Of a stretch of DNA of 64,000 bases, positions 42,324-52,086 are shown in pieces; position 1 is the first letter of the stretch, and each line of letters begins with the position of its first letter. The position numbers and the translations under genes are program-made. The notes under the pieces are model-generated. The model was not told the origin of the DNA. It saw nothing but the letters and a program-made list of their open reading frames with translations, and did not search any database. This DNA comes from Prevotella sp. (GTDB lineage Bacteria; Bacteroidota; Bacteroidia; Bacteroidales; Dysgonomonadaceae). Location: assembly GCA_031285625.1 (NCBI GenBank), contig JAITVV010000056.1, forward strand, positions 1 to 64,000, given 5' to 3'.

Positions 42324-44534
42324 TTAGCTCAACCTGCTGATTTCCTTCACTCCTTTTACAGTTTTTAGTTTCTTTATCAGGCCATTCAGCATATCTGTAT
42401 TATTCAGCATAACAGAGATATTTCCATGGAACAACCCGTCATTAGAATCAATACTGATGGAACGCATGCTGATTCCTGTTTCCTTAGCAATAATAGAAGT
42501 CAGATTGTTGATAATTCCAATATCATCATTTCCTATTACCCTCAAGGTCACAGTATAAGTAGAACCAGATTTGCCTGACCATTTAGCCGGAATCACACGA
42601 TAAGCAAATCTGGAAAACATATCTTTTGCATTCGGGCAGTTCTTACGGTGAATCTTTATACCTTGAGAGGAAACGAATCCGAATATCTCATCACCATAGA
42701 TGGGATTGCAGCATTTTGCCAACTTATAATCCACACCTGTCAGATTCTGATCTATTATCAGCTCCTCCTTATTTACAGAATCTTTTTTGGTTTCCGGCGT
42801 ATGGACAACATAGTTTTCAGCGCTTATAGCTTCATGTCTTTCGTGTTGTTCGGTTTCCTTTTTTTCCAATTCCAAATACTGATCGATAACTGTATTTATA
42901 TCAAGGCTCTCCTCCGCTATTTTGATATAAAAATCCGTAATCGTCTTAAAACCGAGTTTTTTAATCAGCCGCATCATTATCGATTCGTTGATCTCTATCT
43001 TGCGGTTTTTTACACGACGTTTAAGCTGTTCTTTCGCTATCTCAACCTGCTTATTGGCTTCTTCTTTAAGGCTTTGACGAATCTTATTTTTAGCCTTCGA
43101 GGTAACTACAAAGTTTAGCCAATCTTGCTTCGGGGACTGATTTGGAGAAGTAAGTATCTCTATCTGGTCTCCATTTTTCAACTTATGGCGGATAGAAACA
43201 TTTCTGCCATTTACTTTACCCGAAACACAAGTAGAACCGACACGGGAGTGGATAGAAAATGCAAAATCAAGAATAGTAGCGCCGTAAGGCAGTTTATGCA
43301 AATCACCTTTTGGAGTAAATACATAAATCTCATCTTCATACAGATCCAGTTTGAAATTTTCCAGTTTCTCTCCGGTATCCAGATTTTTATTCTCCAGCAT
43401 TTCACGTAAACCGGTTAACCAGTCATCCATTTTCGACTGGCTTTTCACCCCTTTGTACTTCCAGTGGGCGGCAAGTCCACGTTCTGCTATTTCATCCATA
43501 CGCCTTGTACGTATCTGTACTTCTACCCAACGCGACTCATTACCCATCACAGTGGTGTGCAACGATTCATAGCCATTACTCTTTGGTATAGACAACCAAT
43601 CCTTCAATCTCTTCGGGTTTGGAGTATACAAATCAGCTACTATAGAATATACTTGCCAACACTCAGCCTTTTCTCTTTCTATAGGGGAGTCCAGAATAAT
43701 ACGTATAGCAAATAAATCATATATGGATTCGAAATCAATCTTTTGCTTCTTCAATTTATTATTGATAGAGGAGATAGATTTTACCCGGCCCTTTATATCA
43801 TATTTCAGTCCGGTTTCTTTTAATTTCTCATCTACAGGAGCAATAAACTCAGCAATATATTTGTCACGCGAAGCCTTGCTTTCACTTATTTTTCCTAGTA
43901 TAAAATCATATGCCTCCCGATCTGTATACCTTAAATAAAGGTCTTCCAGTTCGGTCTTAATATTATACAATCCCAACTTGTGGGCAAGTGGTGTATACAG
44001 ATAAGAGATTTCTATGGCCAGTTGCAAACGGTATTGTTCACTATATTTTTCAGCATTACGAATACGATGCAGACGGCTTGCAATCTTGATAAGGATTACC
44101 CGCATATCCTCTGCTAATGTAATCAGCAGATTGATATAATTATCCGAAGCAATGGCTGATTCGGTTACTTCCAGTGCATTGATCTTCATCAGACCAGTTA
44201 CAATATTAGCTATATCTTCACCGAAGATATTTGTAACCTCATCTATCATTACAGACTTATGCATAACCGGACGATAAAGGAGCAAGCCCAAAATAGCTGC
44301 ACTTTTCAATCCCAATTCTTCCATAAGTATGATACTTGTACTTACAGTAAGATCTGTGATGCTGCCTATTTTTTCATCTTTCTTATATACACCGTCCGCC
44401 AAGGCTTTTTTCACTACCTTTCTAACTTTCAGAAGTTCTTCTTTTGTCAGATTAGTATCTAACCCGTTCATCAGTCGTTTAAACTTAGAATAGGTTAATC
44501 CGGCATCATTATATGTGGGGTAACTATTGTTCAT
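42324..44534 (-). CDS. relA: RelA/SpoT homologue (p)ppGpp synthetase
   Basis: PLAHKLG, DLFAIRI, PKSNGYESLHTT, EVQIRT, AAHWKYK, TGS, CC and ACT domains. Confidence 0.93.
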   Translation of the reverse strand: MNNSYPTYNDAGLTYSKFKRLMNGLDTNLTKEELLKVRKVVKKALADGVYKKDEKIGSITDLTVSTSIILMEELGLKSAAILGLLLYRPVMHKSVMIDEVTNIFGEDIANIVTGLMKINALEVTESAIASDNYINLLITLAEDMRVILIKIASRLHRIRNAEKYSEQYRLQLAIEISYLYTPLAHKLGLYNIKTELEDLYLRYTDREAYDFILGKISESKASRDKYIAEFIAPVDEKLKETGLKYDIKGRVKSISSINNKLKKQKIDFESIYDLFAIRIILDSPIEREKAECWQVYSIVADLYTPNPKRLKDWLSIPKSNGYESLHTTVMGNESRWVEVQIRTRRMDEIAERGLAAHWKYKGVKSQSKMDDWLTGLREMLENKNLDTGEKLENFKLDLYEDEIYVFTPKGDLHKLPYGATILDFAFSIHSRVGSTCVSGKVNGRNVSIRHKLKNGDQIEILTSPNQSPKQDWLNFVVTSKAKNKIRQSLKEEANKQVEIAKEQLKRRVKNRKIEINESIMMRLIKKLGFKTITDFYIKIAEESLDINTVIDQYLELEKKETEQHERHEAISAENYVVHTPETKKDSVNKEELIIDQNLTGVDYKLAKCCNPIYGDEIFGFVSSQGIKIHRKNCPNAKDMFSRFAYRVIPAKWSGKSGSTYTVTLRVIGNDDIGIINNLTSIIAKETGISMRSISIDSNDGLFHGNISVMLNNTDMLNGLIKKLKTVKGVKEISRLS

Positions 44535-44790
44535 TTTTAGCTATTATTCTAATTCAAATAATAAATTGACAACCATTAGATATTATAACTAACAAACTGT
44601 TATAATTATTCGACAGTAAAATTAACTCTTTTTTGAAAGCGGAGTGCGTTTTTTATAATAGATGTTTTTATTTTTTCATATTTAGAAACTTTATGCTTTT
44701 CACGGACAATTTAGTCAATAAAGCATTTTAACTTTGCTTTCATTAAGATATAACAATCAAACCAGTTAAAAGATTATAATTTGAATTAGT

Positions 44791-45405
44791 ATGAAAACAA
44801 ATGATTATGCTAAACTTGAGAAAGACTATGACTTTAAGAGAAGTTACCTAAACAAAACGTTATGGTGGAAAAGCATACTTATGATTGCTCCTATTTGCTT
44901 TCTATTCGCCGGACTGGTAGGAATACTATATCTGTTTAATAGTGATTTGCTGGTTTCTTTCTATACTATACCTTACCTTATACTCTTTGTAATAGGGACT
45001 ATCTGGCTTAAAGCTATGAAGAAGCATATACAAAAAGCAGCAATGGCAAAAGAAGGTGCCTTCCATGTGTGTCTGGCAGCTTCTGTTGGAGATAAGGATG
45101 GTTACACCTATGCCATCTTTGTAAATAACACACGCAGATATGACAAATATTACATAACCAATCTGGCCAAGGAAATCTCGCTTCATGATATTTTGGCAAA
45201 AAATAATGCGCCCTTTAAAAAAGAGGCTATTATGATTCATGATGAAGAAAGTGATACGGATATGTATATGCGGGCGTATCAAAAAAAAGAAATAGCAAAG
45301 AAAAATATAGGATGGAGTACCGACGAAGGATATTTCCCTGTATTATATATTAACGATAAAGATGTTCCTGTTATAAAAAGAAAAGATTTAACCAGTAAAT
45401 TATAA
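44791..45405 (+). CDS. Hypothetical membrane protein (2 TM)
   Basis: Clean 204-aa ORF with two hydrophobic helices. Confidence 0.7.
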   Translation: MKTNDYAKLEKDYDFKRSYLNKTLWWKSILMIAPICFLFAGLVGILYLFNSDLLVSFYTIPYLILFVIGTIWLKAMKKHIQKAAMAKEGAFHVCLAASVGDKDGYTYAIFVNNTRRYDKYYITNLAKEISLHDILAKNNAPFKKEAIMIHDEESDTDMYMRAYQKKEIAKKNIGWSTDEGYFPVLYINDKDVPVIKRKDLTSKL

Positions 45406-45478
45406 TTCAATTTCATTTTAACAGAAATTTCACAAGTCTTTTATACCTTTGATGCTCAAAGTTTCAAATTTGTAACTC

Positions 45479-46735
45479 ATGGCTCAAAAAGATTCACAAG
45501 ACAAGAAATTCGCCACTCGTATTATTAGCGAAAAATACACAAAGAAAGATATACATGGAGCTATTTCTTTACCTATCTATCGTAATGCTGCTTTTGAATT
45601 TCCCGATTCGGAAAGCATAGCCGCTGCCTTTCAGTATAAAGAAGAGATTGCATCACATACTTATACACGAATAACAAATCCATCGGTAGAAAACCTCGAA
45701 CGAAAAATAAAAGCTGCTTCAGGAGCAGATAATGTTATGATGGTTGCTTCAGGAATGGCAGCGATATCAAATACATTCTTCACCTTGGCTTATGCCGGAA
45801 GTAATATTGTCACATCGCCTCATTTGTTTGGAAATACATTTTCCTTTTTCAAGTTCACTTTAGCTGCCTTTGGTGTAGAAGTACGCTTTGTAAATACGGA
45901 CAATCTGGAAGAGATTGCAGCAGCGATAGATGAAAACACATGTGCTTTCTTTTGCGAACTGATAACAAACCCGCATCTGGAAGTTGCTGATCTTCCTGAG
46001 ATTTCAAAAATATTAAGATTAAGGAATATACCTATGATAGTAGATACTACAATCGTTCCATGGTGTGGTTTTGATGCACGAAAGGCAGGAGTAGATATCG
46101 AAGTCGTCTCTACAACTAAATATGTCTCTGGTGGAGCAACCAGTATAGGCGGGGCAATACTGGATTATGGTACTTTCAACTGGGCTCATAGTAAACGGTT
46201 AGCTAATGTGACCAGAACAGAGACAATGTCACAATTCTCTTTCAAACTAAAACGCGAAATAGCGCGTAATATCGGTGCTGCAATGGATCCTGACACTGCC
46301 TACCAACAAGCGTTGGGCATGGAAACATTACAGCTCAGATTTGAAAAAATGTCCGAAACAGCTTATCAATTAGCTCTCTTTTTATCAGAACAAGATAAGA
46401 TTGTCAAAGTAGGATACACAAAGTTGGAGAGCTCTCAATACAAACAAATTTCTGATAAACTATTCACTGGTAATCCTGGGGCAATGCTTACTTTCAGTTT
46501 AGGCAGCAGAGAAGCCTGTTTTAAATTTATGGATCGATTGCAGATTATTCGCCGTGCAACAAATCTTTTTGATAATAAAACATTAATAATACATCCCGAA
46601 TCAACTATTTATGGATCTTTCTCTCCTGAGATAAAAAAAATAATGGGTATTGAAGACAATTTAATGCGCTTATCTGTAGGGCTCGAAGATATTGATGACC
46701 TGCAATCCGATATTTTACAAGCATTAAGTCAATAA
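45479..46735 (+). CDS. Cys/Met metabolism PLP-dependent enzyme (O-acetylhomoserine sulfhydrylase-like)
   Basis: YTRITNP, ASGMAAI, VDTT, STTKY PLP lysine, IHP.ST, RLSVGLE. Confidence 0.9.
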   Translation: MAQKDSQDKKFATRIISEKYTKKDIHGAISLPIYRNAAFEFPDSESIAAAFQYKEEIASHTYTRITNPSVENLERKIKAASGADNVMMVASGMAAISNTFFTLAYAGSNIVTSPHLFGNTFSFFKFTLAAFGVEVRFVNTDNLEEIAAAIDENTCAFFCELITNPHLEVADLPEISKILRLRNIPMIVDTTIVPWCGFDARKAGVDIEVVSTTKYVSGGATSIGGAILDYGTFNWAHSKRLANVTRTETMSQFSFKLKREIARNIGAAMDPDTAYQQALGMETLQLRFEKMSETAYQLALFLSEQDKIVKVGYTKLESSQYKQISDKLFTGNPGAMLTFSLGSREACFKFMDRLQIIRRATNLFDNKTLIIHPESTIYGSFSPEIKKIMGIEDNLMRLSVGLEDIDDLQSDILQALSQ

Positions 46736-46740
46736 TAATC

Positions 46741-47038
46741 ACGAATGAAACTTACACAAACTATATTTCAATATGCTGTTATCATGGACTTATTATTGTA
46801 AAGAAAAATGGGAAATACGGATTTCTTGATAAGGAGAGAAAACTGGCAATCCCTTGCATATATGATTATGCAGTCTTATGGGGGAATATGCATATGTTGA
46901 GCAAGGTGGCTTATCTTATTACGGCATTGAATGAAAAACATAAGTTATATTCGCATAATCTTTTCTTTCACAAAAAAAGCCGGATATTCTTTAGCCAATG
47001 GGGAGGAATACGACTTTGATGGAAATCTGATCCCTTAA
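46741..47038 (+). pseudogene. WG-repeat protein fragment, frameshifted
   Basis: Frame from 46741 reads HGLIIVKKNGKYGFLDKERKLAIPCIYDYA; continuation MGEYAYVEQGG is in another frame; no in-frame start. Confidence 0.6.
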
Positions 47039-47189
47039 AGAAAGACTAAAAACCATCTTAACTGACGTTAAATTTACACAGTATAAATATATTATTTATA
47101 CAATAATAATAATCTTATTCAAAGAAAAGTAGTACTTTTGTGACCTGATTAAATGAAACTCGAAAAATCCGGGCTAAAGAGCTGATATA

Positions 47190-47618
47190 ATGAAGATATT
47201 GATACTAAATGGGCCAAATTTAAATTTGTTAGGAAAACGGGAACCCGATGTCTATGGGGATACATCTTTCGAGACGTATTTTGCCCGTTTACAACAGATA
47301 TATCCCAATTGTGATCTATCTTACTTTCAGTCCAATCACGAAGGTGCTATAATAGACAAAATTCACGAAACAGGATTTTCATACGATGGTATTGTGCTCA
47401 ATGCCGGAGCATATACACATACATCTATTGCTATCCATGATGCCATAAAAGCGGTGAAGGCACCTGTAATCGAAGTCCATATCTCAAATATTCACACACG
47501 AGAGGAATTTCGGCACAATTCTATGATCGCTGCCGCCTGTAAAGGCTCTGTTATCGGATTGGGTTTACTATCATATGAGCTTGCGATTGATTTTTTCCTG
47601 AAAAAGGAAGAAATGTGA
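47190..47618 (+). CDS. aroQ: Type II 3-dehydroquinate dehydratase
   Basis: NGPNLNLLGKREP.VYG, QSNHEG, EVHISN..REEFRH. Confidence 0.98.
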   Translation: MKILILNGPNLNLLGKREPDVYGDTSFETYFARLQQIYPNCDLSYFQSNHEGAIIDKIHETGFSYDGIVLNAGAYTHTSIAIHDAIKAVKAPVIEVHISNIHTREEFRHNSMIAAACKGSVIGLGLLSYELAIDFFLKKEEM

Positions 47619-47720
47619 AGTCGCACGATAAAATAACGTTTTAAATGGAGTATCTTAAAATATAAGCCATATTAAAGCGGTTAATGTAATTGAACTATAT
47701 ATTTAAATAATAATCCATTT

Positions 47721-49187
47721 ATGACTCAGAAAAAAACGAAAATTGTAGCTACAATTTCAGACATGCGTTGTGATGTTGATTTTCTTCAATCACTATACAA
47801 TGAAGGAATCAATGTTGTAAGAATGAACTCTGCTCACATGACAGAAGAAGGGTTCGTTAAAGTAATGACTAATGTACGTGCAGTATCCTCTCACATTGGT
47901 ATTATGATGGATACCAAAGGACCGGAAATCCGTACAACAGCTACAGCTTCAGGTGAAAAAATTGCAGTTAAAACTGGCGACAAAATTAAAGTAATAGGAG
48001 ACATAAACTTCCTTTCTACTCCTGAACAAATTTCATTATCTTATCCAAGTATCGTTGAAGATGTACCTGTAGGCAGTACACTCTTGATAGACGATGGTGA
48101 GACAGCAATGAAAGTTATTGACAAAACTGCAGACTACCTGCTTTGCGAAGTACAAAATGATGGTACAATCGGAAGCCGTAAAAGCGTTAATATCCCGGGA
48201 GTAAAAGTAAATCTTCCTTCTATCACAGAAAAAGATAAAAGAAGTATTGAAATCGCTATCAAAAACAATGCAGACTTTATTGCTCACTCATTTGTGAGAA
48301 ACAAACAAGATGTATTGGATGTACAAAAAATTCTGGATGAACATAACAGCTCTATTAAAATCATCGCTAAAATAGAAAACCAGGAAGGTGTTGATAACAT
48401 CGACGAAATCTATGAAACCGCTTATGGTGTGATGGTTGCCCGTGGAGACTTAGGTATAGAAGTTCCACAGGAAAAAATACCAGGAATCCAACGGTTACTT
48501 ATCCGTAAAGCTGTAGAATACAAAAAACCGGTTATTGTAGCAACTCAGATGTTACATACAATGATCGAAAATCCACGTCCAACACGCGCAGAGGTAACAG
48601 ATATTGCAAATGCAGTATATTATGGTACTGACGCAGTAATGTTAAGTGGTGAAACAGCATATGGTAAATATCCTGTTGAAGCTGTTCGCGCAATGGCTCA
48701 GATTGCAGCTGCTGCAGAGCAATCTAAACTGGATGAAAAAGCAATGCCTGTTCCTTTCAAAGATAAAGAATATGGAAGAACTTCATTCCTTGCAAAACAA
48801 GCGGTGAAATCTTGTAACCAACTAGGTGTTAAAGCTATTGTAACAGATAGTATGACAGGCCGTACAGCACGTACACTTGCTGCATTCCGTAGCAAATGTC
48901 CGGTATACGCATTCTGTAATAGAGAAGAAGTTGCACGTTGGTTATCACTTAGCTATGGTGTGGATCCACATTTCCAGGAAGATGCTGGTCTTACTAAAAA
49001 CCACAAAGAATATTTCATGAGAGCCCTAAACCAACTTCAGCTAGACGGAGTATTAAGTGCAGGTGATTATGTAACATACCTAAGCGGTTCTTTCTCTGAC
49101 GGTAAAGGTGGTACATCTTTCCTTGAGATAGAAAAAGTAGGTTCTGTAATGGAACAAGGCGAGAAATATTTCGTGCCAGTAGACTAA
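47721..49187 (+). CDS. pyk: Pyruvate kinase
   Basis: TKIVATI, DTKGPEIR, AKIEN.EG, MVARGDLG, ATQML, MLSGETA. Confidence 0.98.
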   Translation: MTQKKTKIVATISDMRCDVDFLQSLYNEGINVVRMNSAHMTEEGFVKVMTNVRAVSSHIGIMMDTKGPEIRTTATASGEKIAVKTGDKIKVIGDINFLSTPEQISLSYPSIVEDVPVGSTLLIDDGETAMKVIDKTADYLLCEVQNDGTIGSRKSVNIPGVKVNLPSITEKDKRSIEIAIKNNADFIAHSFVRNKQDVLDVQKILDEHNSSIKIIAKIENQEGVDNIDEIYETAYGVMVARGDLGIEVPQEKIPGIQRLLIRKAVEYKKPVIVATQMLHTMIENPRPTRAEVTDIANAVYYGTDAVMLSGETAYGKYPVEAVRAMAQIAAAAEQSKLDEKAMPVPFKDKEYGRTSFLAKQAVKSCNQLGVKAIVTDSMTGRTARTLAAFRSKCPVYAFCNREEVARWLSLSYGVDPHFQEDAGLTKNHKEYFMRALNQLQLDGVLSAGDYVTYLSGSFSDGKGGTSFLEIEKVGSVMEQGEKYFVPVD

Positions 49188-49206
49188 TATTTAGTTCCAT
49201 ATAAAA

Positions 49207-49235
49207 ATAAAGGGTGTCCGTAAGACACCCTTTAT
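49207..49235. terminator. Bidirectional intrinsic terminator
   Basis: AATAAAGGGTGTC-CGTAA-GACACCCTTTATT. Confidence 0.85.
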
Positions 49236-49589
49236 TTATTCAAAATCTGTTCTATCGTTAGTTGTATCGTTATCAGGCTGAGAAACGAGTAAGAAATCGA
49301 TAGGCTCCGAAGTTTCATTTGCAATATAATGCTTCACCATAGGCTCTATCAATATCCCCTGTTGCTCGTTAACAATTTCCGGCTCACCCTCTACATAAAA
49401 TACAGCCGAACCTTTCAATACAAAAAAGAATTGCCTTGCAAAAGAGTGACAATGTAATGTTTCTCTTGTTCCGGCCGGCATCGTTTCAATCTTCACAGAT
49501 AAAGAATCCCTGTTCATCAGGATCCAACTGCTACACTTGTCACCCCAAAAATAATGAGGTGCTGAATTTTTATCCACTGCTCTACCCAT
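49236..49589 (-). CDS. Cupin-domain protein
   Basis: HYFWG..C..W, E.MP.G..E.LH.H, QFFFVL.G, KHYIAN. Confidence 0.85.
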   Translation of the reverse strand: MGRAVDKNSAPHYFWGDKCSSWILMNRDSLSVKIETMPAGTRETLHCHSFARQFFFVLKGSAVFYVEGEPEIVNEQQGILIEPMVKHYIANETSEPIDFLLVSQPDNDTTNDRTDFE

Positions 49590-49707
49590 AATTTTAGAAT
49601 TTAAAAAGTAACAATATGCTAAATTTAAGAAAATTATTGAATAATCTTGTTTTTTATTCGAGATAATTACTAAATAAATATCTTAGTTTTGTAGCTTACT
49701 TATTCTT

Positions 49708-49938
49708 ATGTATATTATGACACGAAAGGAATTAATACAATTAGTAGAAGAAATTTTGGATGTGGAAAAATATTCTGAGGAGCAAATAGATCATATGCTG
49801 GAAGTATTACACAGAAATGTACCCCACCCTGCAGTCACAGACCTGATCTATTGGGATGATCTCACTCCCGAAGAAATAATAGATAAAGCATTAGATTATA
49901 AACCTATCCAAATTATAACAAGACATGTCGCTAGATAA
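49708..49938 (+). CDS. Colicin/pyocin-type (Im) bacteriocin immunity protein, orphan
   Basis: TR.EL..LV..I, VPHP..TDLIYW, TPEEII pattern; start 49708 or 49717. Confidence 0.7.
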   Translation: MYIMTRKELIQLVEEILDVEKYSEEQIDHMLEVLHRNVPHPAVTDLIYWDDLTPEEIIDKALDYKPIQIITRHVAR

Positions 49939-50569
49939 AGACGAAGCCATAGAAAATTATATCCTTTCGCATATTGATGAGGAAGGCGAATTACTGAAAC
50001 AACTAAACAGGGACGCTCATGTAAATCTGCTCAAGCCGCGAATGCTCTCAGGGCATTTGCAAGGGCGTATGCTCAAGATGTTTTGCCGGATGATACAGCC
50101 TAAATATATATTGGAAATAGGGACTTATACGGCTTATGCTACTCTATGCCTTGCCGAAGGCGCTACTGACGATGCTGAAATACATACACTGGAAGTAAAT
50201 GACGAGTTGGAGGATTTTATCATTAAATACCTGCACAAAACAAAGCTGAAAGATAAAATTCACCTGCATATAGGCGATGCTATGGAAATCATTCCAAAGA
50301 TAGACCGCACTTTCGACCTTGTATTTATCGATGCCAACAAGCGGCATTATATTGAATATTATAACCTTATTTTCGATAATGTGCGTCCGGGCGGGCTCAT
50401 TATTGCCGATAATACCCTCTGGGACGGGCATGTACTGGAAACGCCAAAACCATCAGACAAGCAAACAATAGGTATACAGCAATTTAATGATATGCTGGCA
50501 AAGGACGACAGAGTAGAAAAAGTGATTCTGCCTGTACGGGATGGACTGACATTAATCTGGAAAAAATAA
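49925..50569 (+). CDS. O-methyltransferase (methyltransferase family 3)
   Basis: MLSGHLQG, LEIGTYT.Y, FDLVFIDA.K, ADNTLW.G, LPVRDGL. Confidence 0.93.
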   Translation: MSLDKDEAIENYILSHIDEEGELLKQLNRDAHVNLLKPRMLSGHLQGRMLKMFCRMIQPKYILEIGTYTAYATLCLAEGATDDAEIHTLEVNDELEDFIIKYLHKTKLKDKIHLHIGDAMEIIPKIDRTFDLVFIDANKRHYIEYYNLIFDNVRPGGLIIADNTLWDGHVLETPKPSDKQTIGIQQFNDMLAKDDRVEKVILPVRDGLTLIWKK

Positions 50570-50601
50570 ATAAATCATACTATTTTAATTATTATTTTAC
50601 C

Positions 50602-50639
50602 CTACGCAAAAACACTGCACAGCCGACTATTTACCTTTG
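50602..50639 (+). promoter_or_regulatory. TACCTTTG -7 promoter element (50632-50639) preceded by imperfect palindrome CTACGCA-N7-TGCACAG
   Basis: Matches the Bacteroidetes TAnnTTTG consensus 17 nt before the ATG; palindrome arms match at 5 of 7 positions. Confidence 0.5.
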
Positions 50640-50656
50640 TGACATAAGCCATAAAA

Positions 50657-51988
50657 ATGATGGAAAAGTTATACCAAACAATAAAACAAAGGAGAAGACC
50701 TGAAGATATAGCCCAGATGATTCTGGATATTCAGGGAGATAACTTAAATGCTAAGGAAAGGAAGATTCTGGATAAAGCCGCTTCCGGTTCCATAAAAAAA
50801 AGCATCTGGGGATATAGTTCTATGGCTATGTACTTTGCAGAGCCAATAGGGGCAAAAAAGCAAATAGAAAAGGCAATCGAGCTATTTAAACTGGAAACAA
50901 ACGAATCGTTATACGATCCCAATAATATAGAAAGCATCCGTGCATTTATCTCTACAGTCTCCTCTGTATTAAAAAAAGAAGAAGGGGCAAACAATTTCTT
51001 AGCCGACAGGATGAATAAAGAGGCACGCAAAGAATCCGGGCTCGATTTATCCAAAAGAGCATATAATAAAAGATGGCGTTTGTTGAAAAGATTGGAAAAT
51101 AAACTATTGAAATTTATAAGAGAAAACCGCAAAGCTGAATTTCAGAAGATAGCTAAACATGGCATAATACATCGGTTAGATTATAATACTTTTGCATCTG
51201 ATACTGATTCAGCCTGTTTTATTGCTTACTATACATCCAGATGTAACTTGCGGAGTGAGTTTACAATTTATGGACAACAAAGAGCCTTTGACGAAATCAG
51301 CGAAATGCTTTATAATCGTTGTATTAATAACCAAAACACGAATTGGTGGGCTATATCCCAGGTTTATCCTGCCATCGATGTTTTGAAGAACCTGAGCGAT
51401 GAACAAAAAGGGATTTTGCTAGGCGAATGGACTTCCATACTGAAAGATATATCCGCTTTGCTGGAAGAGGTATGGAACTCAAATCAGATTAACAGGAAAT
51501 CGATGGTTGTCAGAAAAGGGAACGATTCCACAACCTGGAACAATACAGCCGGAGCATGGAATAAATCGCGGGATAACTGGATGAACCTGATTTATGCAAT
51601 GGGCATGGACGATATTCTGGATACCATCTGCTTTGGGAAGGTATTGCGATTAATGGCTGGCGATGTAGTTTACTGGCATATGAGCACCGGAGGAAAATTA
51701 GACCCCAACACAGATGTATGGAACAGTGTTCCTCTGCCTTGGGAAGTATTTGAAGGAAAAGCAGTTTGTAACCGAAAAATAATTGCGGATAGCTGCAAAA
51801 AGGCAGGACTAAACCCTGAAAAATCGGGGTGGATAGCGCCACGTGAACATAGGGCCGTACCTTTCAGACCTACACCGGAACTGGTACATGGGGTTACAGT
51901 CAGCAATCCATTTCTTGCAGACATACTGAAAAAAGAAGGCTGGTTTTCAGGAAAGCCTGCAAAGAACAAAAAATGGTTTTGGAACTAA
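50657..51988 (+). CDS. Uncharacterised 443-aa Trp-rich, probably helical cytoplasmic protein linked to two tRNA-like RNAs
   Basis: Intact ORF with no signal peptide or TM segment; motif-like blocks FIAYYTSRCNLRSEFT, GNDSTTWNNTAGAWNKSRDNW, GKVLRLMAGDV..WH, PTPELVHGV; no family recognised. Confidence 0.85.
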   Translation: MMEKLYQTIKQRRRPEDIAQMILDIQGDNLNAKERKILDKAASGSIKKSIWGYSSMAMYFAEPIGAKKQIEKAIELFKLETNESLYDPNNIESIRAFISTVSSVLKKEEGANNFLADRMNKEARKESGLDLSKRAYNKRWRLLKRLENKLLKFIRENRKAEFQKIAKHGIIHRLDYNTFASDTDSACFIAYYTSRCNLRSEFTIYGQQRAFDEISEMLYNRCINNQNTNWWAISQVYPAIDVLKNLSDEQKGILLGEWTSILKDISALLEEVWNSNQINRKSMVVRKGNDSTTWNNTAGAWNKSRDNWMNLIYAMGMDDILDTICFGKVLRLMAGDVVYWHMSTGGKLDPNTDVWNSVPLPWEVFEGKAVCNRKIIADSCKKAGLNPEKSGWIAPREHRAVPFRPTPELVHGVTVSNPFLADILKKEGWFSGKPAKNKKWFWN

Positions 51989-51991
51989 GGG

Positions 51992-52064
51992 AGTAAGTTA
52001 GCTCAGTGGCAGAGCGTCCGGCTCTTTATCCGGATGGACACAGGTTCGAGCCCTGTACTTACTC
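51992..52064 (+). ncRNA. tRNA-like RNA 1 with 8-nt anticodon loop CUCUUUAU (Lys-UUU-like plus one nucleotide)
   Basis: Acceptor AGTAAGT/ACTTACT, TA, D arm GCTC-AGTGGCA-GAGC, anticodon stem TCCGG/CCGGA, variable TGGAC, T arm ACAGG-TTCGAGC-CCTGT; no CCA; T7 follows. Confidence 0.85.
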
Positions 52065-52086
52065 TTTTTTTAAGATATTACAATAA

